Shown here: in pieces, positions 48,863 through 60,600 of the stretch
Position numbering within the stretch: position 1 is the stretch's first letter
Layout: every line of letters starts with the position of its first letter
DNA from: Phoronis australis
Lineage: Eukaryota; Animalia; Phoronida
Assembly (NCBI GenBank): GCA_002633005.1
Contig: NMRA01000012.1
Location: 1,134,564 to 1,198,563, forward strand
Direction: 5' to 3'
DNA: 64,000 nucleotides
Notes under the pieces: generated by a model
What the model saw: the letters and a program-made list of their open reading frames with translations, nothing else
Databases searched by the model: none
Told to the model about the DNA's origin: nothing
Program-made: the position numbers and the translations under genes

Positions 48863-50497
48863 GCCGATAGCTTAAATCTAAAACATATACAAAAGGAAAT
48901 ACTGGTTTGAAAATTAGACTCAACAAAATAGTTCATTTCCTCTTGTCTGCAGGGCAAGAACCCTTTGACCCCATAGTTAAAGCTTTAGTTTGGGCAATTA
49001 ATCTTTAAGGGAAAATAAAGTTAAGTAAGGGTTTGTAGGCAATTTTCAAGATCTTCCAAAAGGAATTACACTTCAGTGGCCATTTGAAAAGTTTTCAAGA
49101 GTGCCCATCTCTTAAGAAAATGGACAGATTATTCCATTTGTTGCCATGCAATATATAATGTAGGCATGTTATGGTACCATCCAATATCTTACTCCTTAGC
49201 CTATAAACAGCTAGGCAAGACTGTACCAGATGTTTAAGGGCTTAAACAACAGTACCGCACTCAGGACACACTGGGCTCCCCGTATGCCCATGATGTGCCT
49301 GTGTCAGGCTAGGTTACAGGCATTATGGCCTAAGACCACCACCCTTTGAATGCCACTGATGTCTTTAACTCTTCCCAGCTCGAACAAATACTCCCACAAT
49401 CAAATTTTTTTCTAAACAGTTCCCAGTTGCTAAAATTGGCAACTGGCCATGTTTATACTGCTGGTGCCAGGGAGCATGAGCTAGAAACAAATTAAAGGTC
49501 TACATTAGCCTCCTAAGAAGACAGTGTCACCATCTCAACTGGGCCCAGTAGAGAAGGTGATGTTCTTAAAGGAGTCTTCATATGCCGAAAGCTTTTCGGC
49601 GAATTATGCCTCGCACTGATTAAAACATCAGTTATGTTGCTATCAGTGCATAGAGGGATACCTTAGGAGGCCGTCAATGTCTTTTTAAAATTCCTTCTAA
49701 CTCGAACAAATACTCCCATAATCAAAACTATTTTCGAGCAGTCCTTTGTTCAGTTACCCAAATCGGCAACTGACCATTTTTACACTGCGTGCATTCCTGA
49801 CATAAAAATTCACCAAAAAAGCTTTGGGCGTATGCAGTGTGTGCATATAGCAGGATCACCTTGTCTACTAGGCAAAGTCGAGATGGTGGCACTGCCTACT
49901 TCCTAAGGTGTCTCTTCATTCGCAAAAGGTACTTAACTTACAGCTACTTTGATGGTTTAGTCAATATGAACCATAATTTGCTGATACACTTCCAGCATAT
50001 TGCCCCCTGATGGGATGGCCACCGTCTCTATTGGGGCCAGTTGAGATGGAGGTACTGTTGCAGCCCAAATTGATGCCTGAGACAAACTGATTTGGCGCAC
50101 TTCAATTTGGCACGTTTTGGCGAGCTAAACTGATGCCTGCACCAATCTGAAGATACCGTAAGTTCCCAAATTATTCCCAATGGTTTACTGGTATTTTAAC
50201 AGTTATCAAAACTGAAATTGATAACAATGTGTACTTGCAACACATCATAACTTAAGGATTAATCACATTACAGTCATTAGGGAAGTATCCTGAGAAACTA
50301 TTATGCACCATTTCGCATAGCCAGCCAGCTAGCTGTATGAAGACTGTCGTCAAAATACAGCTAGGTACCACTGTGTGTATTTCTTCCGTAGACCCCGGAA
50401 TTACACACAGCCAGGGTAGTTCTGCTCGTCACCTCGCTGTGAAAAGCTAAAGACCGGATGAAGTGCATGCAAAATCTGGGAATCATCCGACACTCAC

Positions 50498-50640
50498 CTT
50501 GTCCGTTACAGCCGTTTAAGTGAAAAACAATGCAATAAACATCGTTTTCTTGCGTAACTCTCCGCCTTTTCTAACAATGAAAAGTATGTCGCCGTTTTGA
50601 AAACAGTACGCTCGTGTCACCCGCAGGCGCCATTTCCTAA
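50498..50640 (-). other. Probable non-coding first exon (5' UTR) of CIAO2B
   Basis: Donor AAG|GTGAGT at 50498/50497. The ATG exon is preceded by an acceptor (TTTTAG| at 48878) 15 nt upstream of the ATG. The region is CpG-enriched; the upstream boundary is a guess. Confidence 0.55.
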
Positions 50641-51634
50641 ATTTTTGCGACATCCCTCGGGAAATGACGATAGCTTGGCAGCAGCAAAATTTCTTCTGCA
50701 ATTCGGTTTTTCGGTATCAAAATTCTAAAAACTTATAATGAAATGAAACCAGTTCTGATAATTTGTTGTGAAGTGTATCCAACCTTGTGAAAGAAGAACA
50801 ATTGATTGAAGAATCGGCGAAAAAGAAACTGGCCCATAGGTGATGCAATATTTCATGGCACTGAAAGCCGTCGCTAAAGATCGCTTCACAACTTTAGCAG
50901 TAGAATAACGGTAGAACGCCATTTTTTCCAACACCTCTAAATTATCTAGTTTGCTCATGGAAGACTGTAGTTTTTAATGACACTAATTTTTTGTCATATT
51001 TTATCTCACCACTTTTTTACCCACATCGATGCAAAGCTGTATATTTAGTATACATCAGTTTGGCATCGGTTTGGGCTGCAACAGCACCTACTGGCTACTG
51101 TCTAGTTACGTAGAGTAGATGATGACGTGAGGTGATCACACCATATTATGAGTCGGATTCTGACTTAGTTAATCAGGTGTTTTTGTTGAAAATAAGAAAC
51201 CAGGGTTTTTCCTTTAACAATAGAAGTTAGAGTTGATGTCAAAAATACCAAAAACTGACTGATGAGCCATGGGGCCAGACTTACAAGAATAAAACTGTGG
51301 CTAAAATCTTAACGATGAGGTAAAAAACGCAACCGCTCTTCTCTGCAAATGGAGGTACAATTGTCAATGCCTTGGTTTTTATTAACAACCTAATTTCGTA
51401 AAATTGAAGAAATGTCGGTTACATTTATGTTTAGTATAATATCAATGTTTTACTAAAAAATAAATTTAATCAATTCTAAGCAACGAAAAAACATTTTTTT
51501 ATTGTTTAACTTTCCAAAGCTACATCAAAACGTGAATACGCAACTAATTTTATGAACGGTAATTTTCCCCCGGACTACCTGTGGTTCTGTGCAGAATGTT
51601 TGACAGGCAAAGTTGATAATTTTAACTGCTTGCA
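50500..51634. promoter_or_regulatory. Putative shared/bidirectional promoter region of CIAO2B and TTC5
   Basis: The two genes diverge ~1.1 kb apart. YY1-like CGCCATTT motifs lie near 50628 and 50917 and a CRE-like TGACGT near 51123. Confidence 0.5.
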
Positions 51635-54600
51635 ATGTCTAGTGATGCTAGCGATGCCGTGGCAGAAAAAGCTAAGGTTTGTGAGTTAAAATTATCATTT
51701 TAAATTCACAGTATAGCTTTTTAGCCTGCTGAGTGAATCAATCTCCAAAGCCAACTGGCAACTATTTCAATTTTCAAATGTAGCAGGCTTCTGATGTCGG
51801 TCGAAACACAGGCACCTTTGATCAGCCCTCAACTATACACTATAATATACTATATACCGTAAACGTTCGGATAAACGCCCTTGCTCAGTTAACCGCCCAC
51901 TCCCTACTTTAGGTGGATTTTCGATTTAACCGCCCACTGCTCGGTTAAGCGCCCCTGCGATTTTTGAAGATTTCCAGTTAAGCGCTCACCTCTCGGTTAA
52001 GCGCCCATCCCCGACTTTTAAAGAATGAAGATTTAGCGCCCAGTGCTAAGGAAACGTGCGATTTCCCGACTTTTAGAAAAAGATCGATGATCACAAAGAG
52101 CGCAACGACGCCGGGCTTCCGAGACGGTGGTTTAGCAATGTGAATTACAATTCAATTAACGAGTTATTGTCTTGGGTCATGGACTCACGTCAAAATATAA
52201 TACTTGAACGTTTTTGTCACTTTATTTTCTTCCCATGTTTGCAAAGTTTAAGAACGCCGCCGGCGTCAAAACCTCCGCTTTCAGCGACTTTGTCTGCCGC
52301 GCTGAGTTTCCATCTGTAGTGCACAAGATAAAACATATATTCGAAAAAATCAGGCCAGAGAAATGTGACCATGGTTTTGCCAACCCTCCAAATTCTATTA
52401 AGGTGGGAAGCTCTCGTATTTTGAACAAATCGCACAACTCACGGAAAGATGTCAAATTCTCAATATTTTGATGAATGTAACTGCCGGGTTATAGAGGATG
52501 TGTGGCGACCGAAGGGACAGTACAAGTGCCTTACTGGGTTACCGATTTCGTTGCTGCCTATCGATTTCTGAATTCAAAGGTTGACAATAATGTATGTTTG
52601 TGTATGATCTTGAGGTAATAAAAAACTGCTAGTCAAATTTTGTTTTTCGCGTATTGCATCTCAGTCAAACTGGCGTTAGCAGATTTAACTAATGTCGCTG
52701 GCTGTTTACTATTTCTTGCGTCAGCCCCCACGTAATCGTGACTGTGAATTATCGTTTCCACATCCCCTTTTTAGCCATCCAGAATAATTTTGTTTATACA
52801 TTGGCCAGTTTCAGCCTGAACAAAAATTCTTACCATTCTAGTCTGAAATATCTACGACGTAGACTGACTGAAAATTGGCTATAGTGAGTAAGAGATGCAC
52901 GCAGCTATCTACGGGCATGGGCTTAGGGAACATCGAGCTGGGAAATATCGGAATTGACTTGACATCGCAGTTTTGGGGAACATTGGCAATGGAGGAACAT
53001 CGTAAAGAATTGGGTCTTTTGTAGCAACAGCTTAAAAGTACATAGTCACGCCCGCTTTTGATACTTAGGACTGTCGCTATTCTCTTTGGCGACTTTGTTG
53101 TGGTGCACGTGCGCAAGTTCCCACACTTTGGAGTGCATGTTACCTTGACACCAACATGTGATTGACAGGTGACTCACACGTAGGCCCTACGTGCGTGCTG
53201 AATCCCGCCGCTATCTTTTGCCATAAAAAAACGAGGTGCATATATCGAAAGAGGCCGTTATATTACTTGACGGCATTTATAAATCACGATTGTCAGCCGA
53301 CTGAGACATTGCGCGCTAACAGCCTGACCGAACAGTGCCGCAATGCGATTTTGCAAGTGATATAAATAGGATAATCTGGACATCCTGCATGAAAAATAAA
53401 TGTTTTTCCACCACGAAGTTTGGTAAGGTGATCGTTTAAGAATGAATTGAAACATCGCTGTTTTGTGGCGTTTTATCACATATTGATGCCGTGGCTCGAA
53501 ATTTTATTGTTGATTGACGAGTGGCTCACCCCGATTCTTGTCTTAGGCCTACTTCTTTGCCGAGCATGTTTGGCACAACGGCAAGTGAGCAATGCCGGGC
53601 GGTCGAGATAAAAAAGCTAGCCGCAGAACCATACGCTGAAAATGTCATTGAGTCACGGAGTGTCGACATCCCAAACACAAAAAACATCTGAGTTAAGTTT
53701 ATCAAACTTTTATTACAACTAATTTTAAAACTGCTCTCTGACTATGAATTTGGCAGCTAGTACGAGACTGTAACCATAAATTTGATGTCTGCTGTGACCT
53801 CTGCAACAAGTGAAGCTTGCACGCGCGCACTTTAGCAAGGTCACGTGTTGAAATATTTGCAATCCAAGTAGAGGCTGCGTGGTCTCTGGTCGTCTGCGCT
53901 GCGCAGGGCAAAGTAACAAGACCGCAGGACGGCACGGGGCTATTACTCAGCAATTCTGTAAATTTAATAGAGTGAATAACTAATCTGAGGGCAAGAGAAC
54001 CTTTGTTGGGATCATCCGCTGTTATGACATTTTCCCCGTCATGTGGCGACGTGACGATAACGCTCTTTGAAAAGTGCTACGCATTCCGAGTGCGTGTGTG
54101 GTGTGGGGACTTAGATCACGAGGTAAGATTAACCGCCCAGGGCGGTTGCCTGTCGTAATAAGCGCCCATGTTCGGTTAACCGCCCACCCTGGATTTCTTG
54201 AAATTTCACGTTTAAGCGCCCATGTCTGGTTAACTGCCCACCCCCGATTTTTGGGGTTTGCCAATTTAACCGCCCAGGGCGTTAACCCGAACGTTTACGG
54301 TAGTATATGGTCGAGGGCTACTTAAAGGTGCCTGTGGTCGAAACGAGACGGAACTGACGGAAGCAGCCAGGTATAGACTCAGTAACTGACTGGGATTGGG
54401 TCTGGGTTGATGCAGGGACAGGGACAGAACACATAACATGAATACACACCTAAATAAATGTCAACCTTTTTCTGTACTTTTGGAAGTTAGGATCAGACCC
54501 GAAAATCATAATATTTGAGTGTGGTCTCGGCATTTTTTTGAAAATCCAGTCCGAGGTGTGGTATTTTACGCATCACTTGACATTTGATAACATTCAAACC

Positions 54601-57600
54601 TAGTTTATTCTTATTTATCTGTCTTTTTGCTGCTTTTCAACAAAAACAGAACCTTGGGTGAAATTGATGCCGGTGGATGCTTACTTTTTTAGTCGGTGCA
54701 GCAGGTTTCAAAATGAGTCACTGTAAAGACTGGAACCAACTTTTCTTTTTTGACCTGAGTGAGTGTTTTGTACATTTGTGACAAGAGGGATATTTGTGAA
54801 TGTTCCCTTTACCTATGCATGATATGTATATTTTAACATGTGCAGACTTTCTTTCAAAATGATGATTTACTAAACAATGCTCTTATATTACAATTTTATG
54901 ATTGTAGGACCTTGTTGATGCACTGTACTCCTATAGGGACCGCTATTTTGAGAATCACAGAATAGAGCAAGCATCGCAAAAGGGTGATGATGTTACGGCA
55001 AAAATGAATGCCACTCTAGAACAACTGACTGCCTTACAAGGTTAGTGAATTGCTAATGTTTTGAGAGGAACTGTTGGAACACTGCGGGCGTTTTGAAAAA
55101 AACTAACAGCTGAAATACTCTGAGAAATAACGGCTGAAATACACGGAAAAGTTGGCGTAATTAAACAATACAAACCTATATGTATTTTTTTCCTTGATTG
55201 GTATGGTGCAGGAATATTTCATGATGTATAAGATCCACCTGAGGTTTTGATGTTTGTTAATAAACTTCGGGGGCCTCATGTTGTAAGTCTGTACAAATTG
55301 GTTCTCTGAAACATGAGAAAAACATCAACCATTCCTACTTTTTGGAATTAACGCTTGGGACTATTTGCTATTCATGCATCTTGTCAAATTATATTTCTTT
55401 TTTCAGACCAAATACCCAGTAAAGCTCAGTATCTCTTACAATATGGAAGGACACTGAATGTTGTGCCTAGCTATGACCCAGCCGCCCAAGAACACCTGGC
55501 CAAGGCAGTCAAGTTAGACCCGACATTAGTGGAGGCCTGGAATCACTTGGGAGAATGTTATTGGAAAAATAACGATGTTGCCTCCGCCAGAAATTGTTTT
55601 ACAGGCGCCCTTGCTCACGTATGTTTCTCAGATGACTATAAATGGTAGTGGAAAACAAAATTGCAAAGTAACCTGCATGTTACATTAGTTCTGAGAATAA
55701 AGTTGCTGTCGTGATCAACGTTTCACTTTCTACCTACTGATTCTGTAGCCAAGAACGAAAGTTACTCATCAGATAAAACAAAATTTTCTGTTATATTAGG
55801 TTAGGCTTGAATCTTTCTGAAGACTTGTCCATTTTAATACAAGAAGTTTTGTAATTTGCTTATTAGTCTTGAAACATAACTTAAATTTTCATGATTCTAT
55901 TTCATTATTTTATTCCCAGGATTTTACATAATATATGGCTATTAAAATCATTGGCACAATATTACTTTGTTCACACTGAAACTCTTAGAACTTGCATTAT
56001 TATGTGTATTTAGTAAAACATATTAGGTACTATTCTGTGATGGAAAACAAAATTTCAAAATTAAAGTTAGATAAGTACATTAACTTCAAACTTAAGTGTA
56101 GCTAGTATGGTTTGATATACACAAAATGTGAACGTACATTCCAATATTTAGGCCAAAAATAAAGAATCTCTACGAAACTTGTCAATGGTGATGCGACAGT
56201 TTGGAAGTACTCCTCAAGAAAGATTCAAGTTTGTTGAAGAAAGTGTAGAGAAAGCCAAAGAAGCAGTACAGTTAGACATATCGGATGGAACATCTTGGTG
56301 TAAGTTCACCTAGGACTTAGAATTGGGTTATTATGCAATCTTGTAAACAGTCCCCTCCACAAAGTATCCATGCGTACTTTCATATGGGTTCATTTTGCTG
56401 TGAGTCTATGCTATCTGCTTTGATATTGGGTAAAATGCTGTATGGCCCTGTTCTTGCTGTTTCAAACAATTGCAGCGCCCCTGTTGGTCGGAGTTGACAA
56501 ATTTTTCTCTTAGTGAAGAAATGGCATCAATCACTTGTTGGTGCCTTTTGAATTCACTTCATTAGATCTTATGCGCTTGATTATCAGAGTAAACCATTGA
56601 GCAATACCACTTAAAATGCACCAACTATACTGTTGATTTGATATTTGCCATAGATTATTTTCTACTATCATGATTATTTGCTTACTGTTTCATGATGATT
56701 CATAGACTCTTAATATAAGGTAGTATCCATTTGGTGTGTAAAAATATGTATCACTGATCAGTAACTTTTTGCAGTTATTCTTGGGAATGCCTATTTATCG
56801 CTCTTCTTCGCCAGCAACCAAAGCCCCAAAGTGTTAAAACTCTGTATGAGTGCCTACAGTCAAGCAGTAAGTAGTAGATGTGTTGTATTTTCTTGAATAA
56901 ACACCAAGCCTCTTGTTTTACTATGTGTACTGTTTTAACCCTTATCCTGCGCTAGGCGAGGTCAGCCGACAAGCCTATTATCCTATTAAAATGCGTTGGG
57001 TGTACTCAATCGCCTAAAATAAGCTACGGCTAGGCTGCGCAAGGAGAGTGTACTCACCCCAGGACACTGGTGTTTTTCATTCAGAAATTGTGAAAGCCCC
57101 GTATGCTGTTTATATATGTGAGCATGCGCATTCCACAGTTCATAGTTTCCTGTACACTTTTCTGATTTACACCATATGGCTGTGNATATAAGGTAGTATC
57201 CATTTGGTGTGTAAAAATATGTATCACTGATCAGTACCTTTTTGCAGTTATTCTTGGGAATGCCTATTTATCGCTCTTCTTCGCCAGCAACCAAAGCCCC
57301 AAAGTGTTAAAACTCTGTATGAGTGCCTACAGTCAAGCGGTAAGTAGTAGATGTGTTGTATTTTCTTGAATAAACACCAAGCCTCTTGTTTTACTATGTG
57401 TACTGTTTTAAAGTCAGGATATTTATGGCAGATGTTTTAAAGAGCGAAATGTGCTCATTTATTAAAGGAATGGTTGTTTACTGACTAACACGATGGTTTA
57501 CCTTCCGTGTAGTAAAGCCTAGGCCCAGTTAATTATGAACTATTCTGTACCTTGTTTAATTCTAACAATTTCACAACTCATCAGTCCATGTACAATGTAG

Positions 57601-60600
57601 CTTTCACTTGGAACATTTTGGCGATGCCACAAATGTGATGTGAGGTTACAGGTGACATGGTGCACACCTGTTGTGATGTGAGGTTACAGGTGACATGATG
57701 ACCACCTGTTGTGATGTGAGGTTACAGGTGACATGATGACCACCTGTTGTGATGTGAGGTTACAGGTGACATGGTGCACACTTGTTGTGATGTGAAGTTA
57801 CAGGTGACATGATGACCACCTGTTAACTCATTACCATTATCAAAGCTCTGCTGCTTCTTCGTTCTTTATCATTCATGTGTGCATGTAATATGATTTCAGG
57901 ATAAAGATGTCATTGCCGCTACAAATCCAGATCTTCACTATAATAGGGCAACTGTGAGTAACATCATACTTCTTGTATTCATTTGAATGGACATTCATAA
58001 TTAATAATCATAATAATTATATTAGCCATAATAATGATTTCCTTATAATATAGCAGTTGTTGTACTAGGCTCTCTGCAGTAGTGTTTGTAACTGTCACTG
58101 TATTACTTTAAATGTACTTATAGTCTGAGAGCTCGATTTGCTTTTTACTGCTTGCAAGCTTTAGTTTTTTTCTCCGTCAGTGATTTGGGGATGAATCTTA
58201 ACGAGGATGTGGTGTCGTTAAATAGAACTACAACAGAAAGTTAAATATCAAAAACAAGATGTTGTGCTTCATATTACAATGTTTCGATATTCCTCCCGAT
58301 ATTCATCAGGTATAATACAGTCAGTACACAGATGCAATAACATAACTGTGTACAAAGGTGAGACAAATCCATAATCAATTATTTCAAAACACAGTATATA
58401 ATACAGTACTGAACATTCAACCTCTACCACAGCTCTAGCCTGCCCCAGTTTTAATGTTTATTGACCTCTCTGCATGATGTTGGTCCATGAGCAGTGCCTC
58501 AGGGATTAGCAACCTCCTACAGTTATTGTTCTTGTCAAGGTTGTTCACACCCAAGAAGGCCATTTCCTGGTCAGTATCAATAGAGTGAGTCAACAGAGCG
58601 CTATTGTTATTCTTCTTAAGCTCAGTCAATCTATTATGCAACATTTTAGTAGTCATGTCCCCATAAAACTCCTCACAATTTTCGCAGCTGACATGCAGTA
58701 GAATCCGTTACTATACTGAAGTTTTTAATTTAGATTCAAGCCTTGACAAACAAGGAAGTCTCTTAGATGATATAAATAATTATGGAGACCAATTTTACTG
58801 AAGGAACAATGGCTGCCAGTAACCTGTGTAACTGTTGATTTAAGACTTACAGGTGGAGAACCATAGTAAAGCTGAGGTAGAGGTTGGATGTTCACTACTG
58901 TATTATGTACTGTGATTTGAAGTAATGAATTGGGGATTTGTCTCACCTTTGTACAATATTAAGTTATTGTATCTGTATACTGACTGTATTATACTTGATG
59001 GTCATATTGAAGAATATTGAAATGTTTTATGAAGCACAGTGTCTTATTTTTGTAACTTAACTTTTTACTATCGGACCATCTAGCCTAGAACTAACTTTTA
59101 GGTCTACAAAAAGACTCTGCTGAATTGGAAATGCACTGCTTGTCAGGGGTGCAGATCTTGTGACTCCGAGCAGTGTTATATGGACAGTATAAGTCACCAT
59201 GGTGACGTTTTTGGTTGTGTCATTGCTTCTTATTTAATTCCACCTATTCACAAGCTGTTAACTATCTACTTATCAGGCTTACAAGTATCAAGAGGAATAT
59301 GAACTGGCCCTGACTGGGTTTGCTAGGGCAGCAGCATTAGATCCGTCGTGGAGTGAACCGCTGACCAAAGAAAAACAGCTCTTGGACTACCTGAGAAAGG
59401 TCCAAGAGCTTGTGCAGTCCAAGGTGAGATGTGTATCTGTGTTTGAAAAGACAAAATTGTGTTTGCTTTTGAATGAAAGTTGAAAGTTGGGAGATCTTGG
59501 TAATTTGTTTATTTCGGTATAGCACCATAACTTTAATTTTTTCAAACTGGATATCTATCAAACTGCTTTACAGAAATTGGTGAAATTTGACATAGACTAA
59601 TATGGTAAGATAAATTTAAGTGCTGTTGCCCCCTGTTAGTCATGTTAGTTTCTGTCGAGAAGGTATTCAATGTCCATCAATTATTTTCTGAATGGTGGGA
59701 CGACTTTTGGGAAAACTTGACAGAGAGGTACAGCACACATCACGAATTTTTGGCCGACCGGTCGGAAATTGGTCGACGACCGGCCGTCGACCGGTCGGCA
59801 AATTAGCCGACCGGTCGGCTAAAAATTAGCCGACCGGCAGCCGCCCGCAGTGCCGACTCATAAGGCGACCCCACAGCCGACCCTTCAGCCGACCCTTTAG
59901 CCGACCTGCCGTCAGACGACCAGCTGGTCGGCTGCTATTGTTAGGCTAGAGTAGCAGTTGNTTGACATAGACTAATATGGTAAGATAAATTTAAGTGCTG
60001 TTGCCCCCTGTTAGTCATGTTAGTTTCTGAGAAGGTATTCACTGTCCATCAATTATTTTCTAAATGGTGGGATGACTTTTGGGAAAACTTGACAGAGAGG
60101 TATATGGTGGGAATGAGCTGATACCCCTTTATTTTCAGATCAATCTCACTGCATTAGCACCTGAGAGTTTCAGGCAAATTAAGAACCATGTAACTGCATA
60201 GCAATATTACTGTTTTGTGTGGTTGTCAAGCACACATCCATGCCCTTAGTCTTTAGCATCACCCGGTATCAAAACACAATTATAATCTTTGTTTTAGGGC
60301 AAGTGTAAGGGCAAAAAACTCCAGTCTCTGGTCAGTGCCTTATCAGTAAAAGACCTTGGCCCGTATGAGGGAGGCTCTTACACTAGTCCCCACGAGAAGA
60401 CGGTGACGCTAAACCAAGTTAGCCTGGATCAGCTAGTAGCGGGGTTGAACCCTGAGAAGGTAGTGACAGCGAAGGTGGTGGGCAGTGTCACCACTGAAGA
60501 GCCTGTGCCTTTGTAAGTGACCATATGTGAATCTTAAAGCCACGTTGCGTACTCTTTCAGGGGCTAAAAGACGTCCAATTTCAAACTGTCTGAGATTGCA

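Noticed and set aside
50725-50958. 77 aa minus-strand ORF between CIAO2B and TTC5
   Set aside because: No homology recognisable and no splice support; likely a chance ORF in promoter DNA.
56775-57339. Mutually exclusive duplicated TTC5 exon
   Set aside because: Intronic flanks are also near-identical and separated by an N; uncollapsed haplotypes explain it better.
57565-57590. Minimal hammerhead-like CTGATGAGTTGTGAAA on the minus strand
   Set aside because: Stem II cannot form properly and there is no stem III or cleavage triplet.
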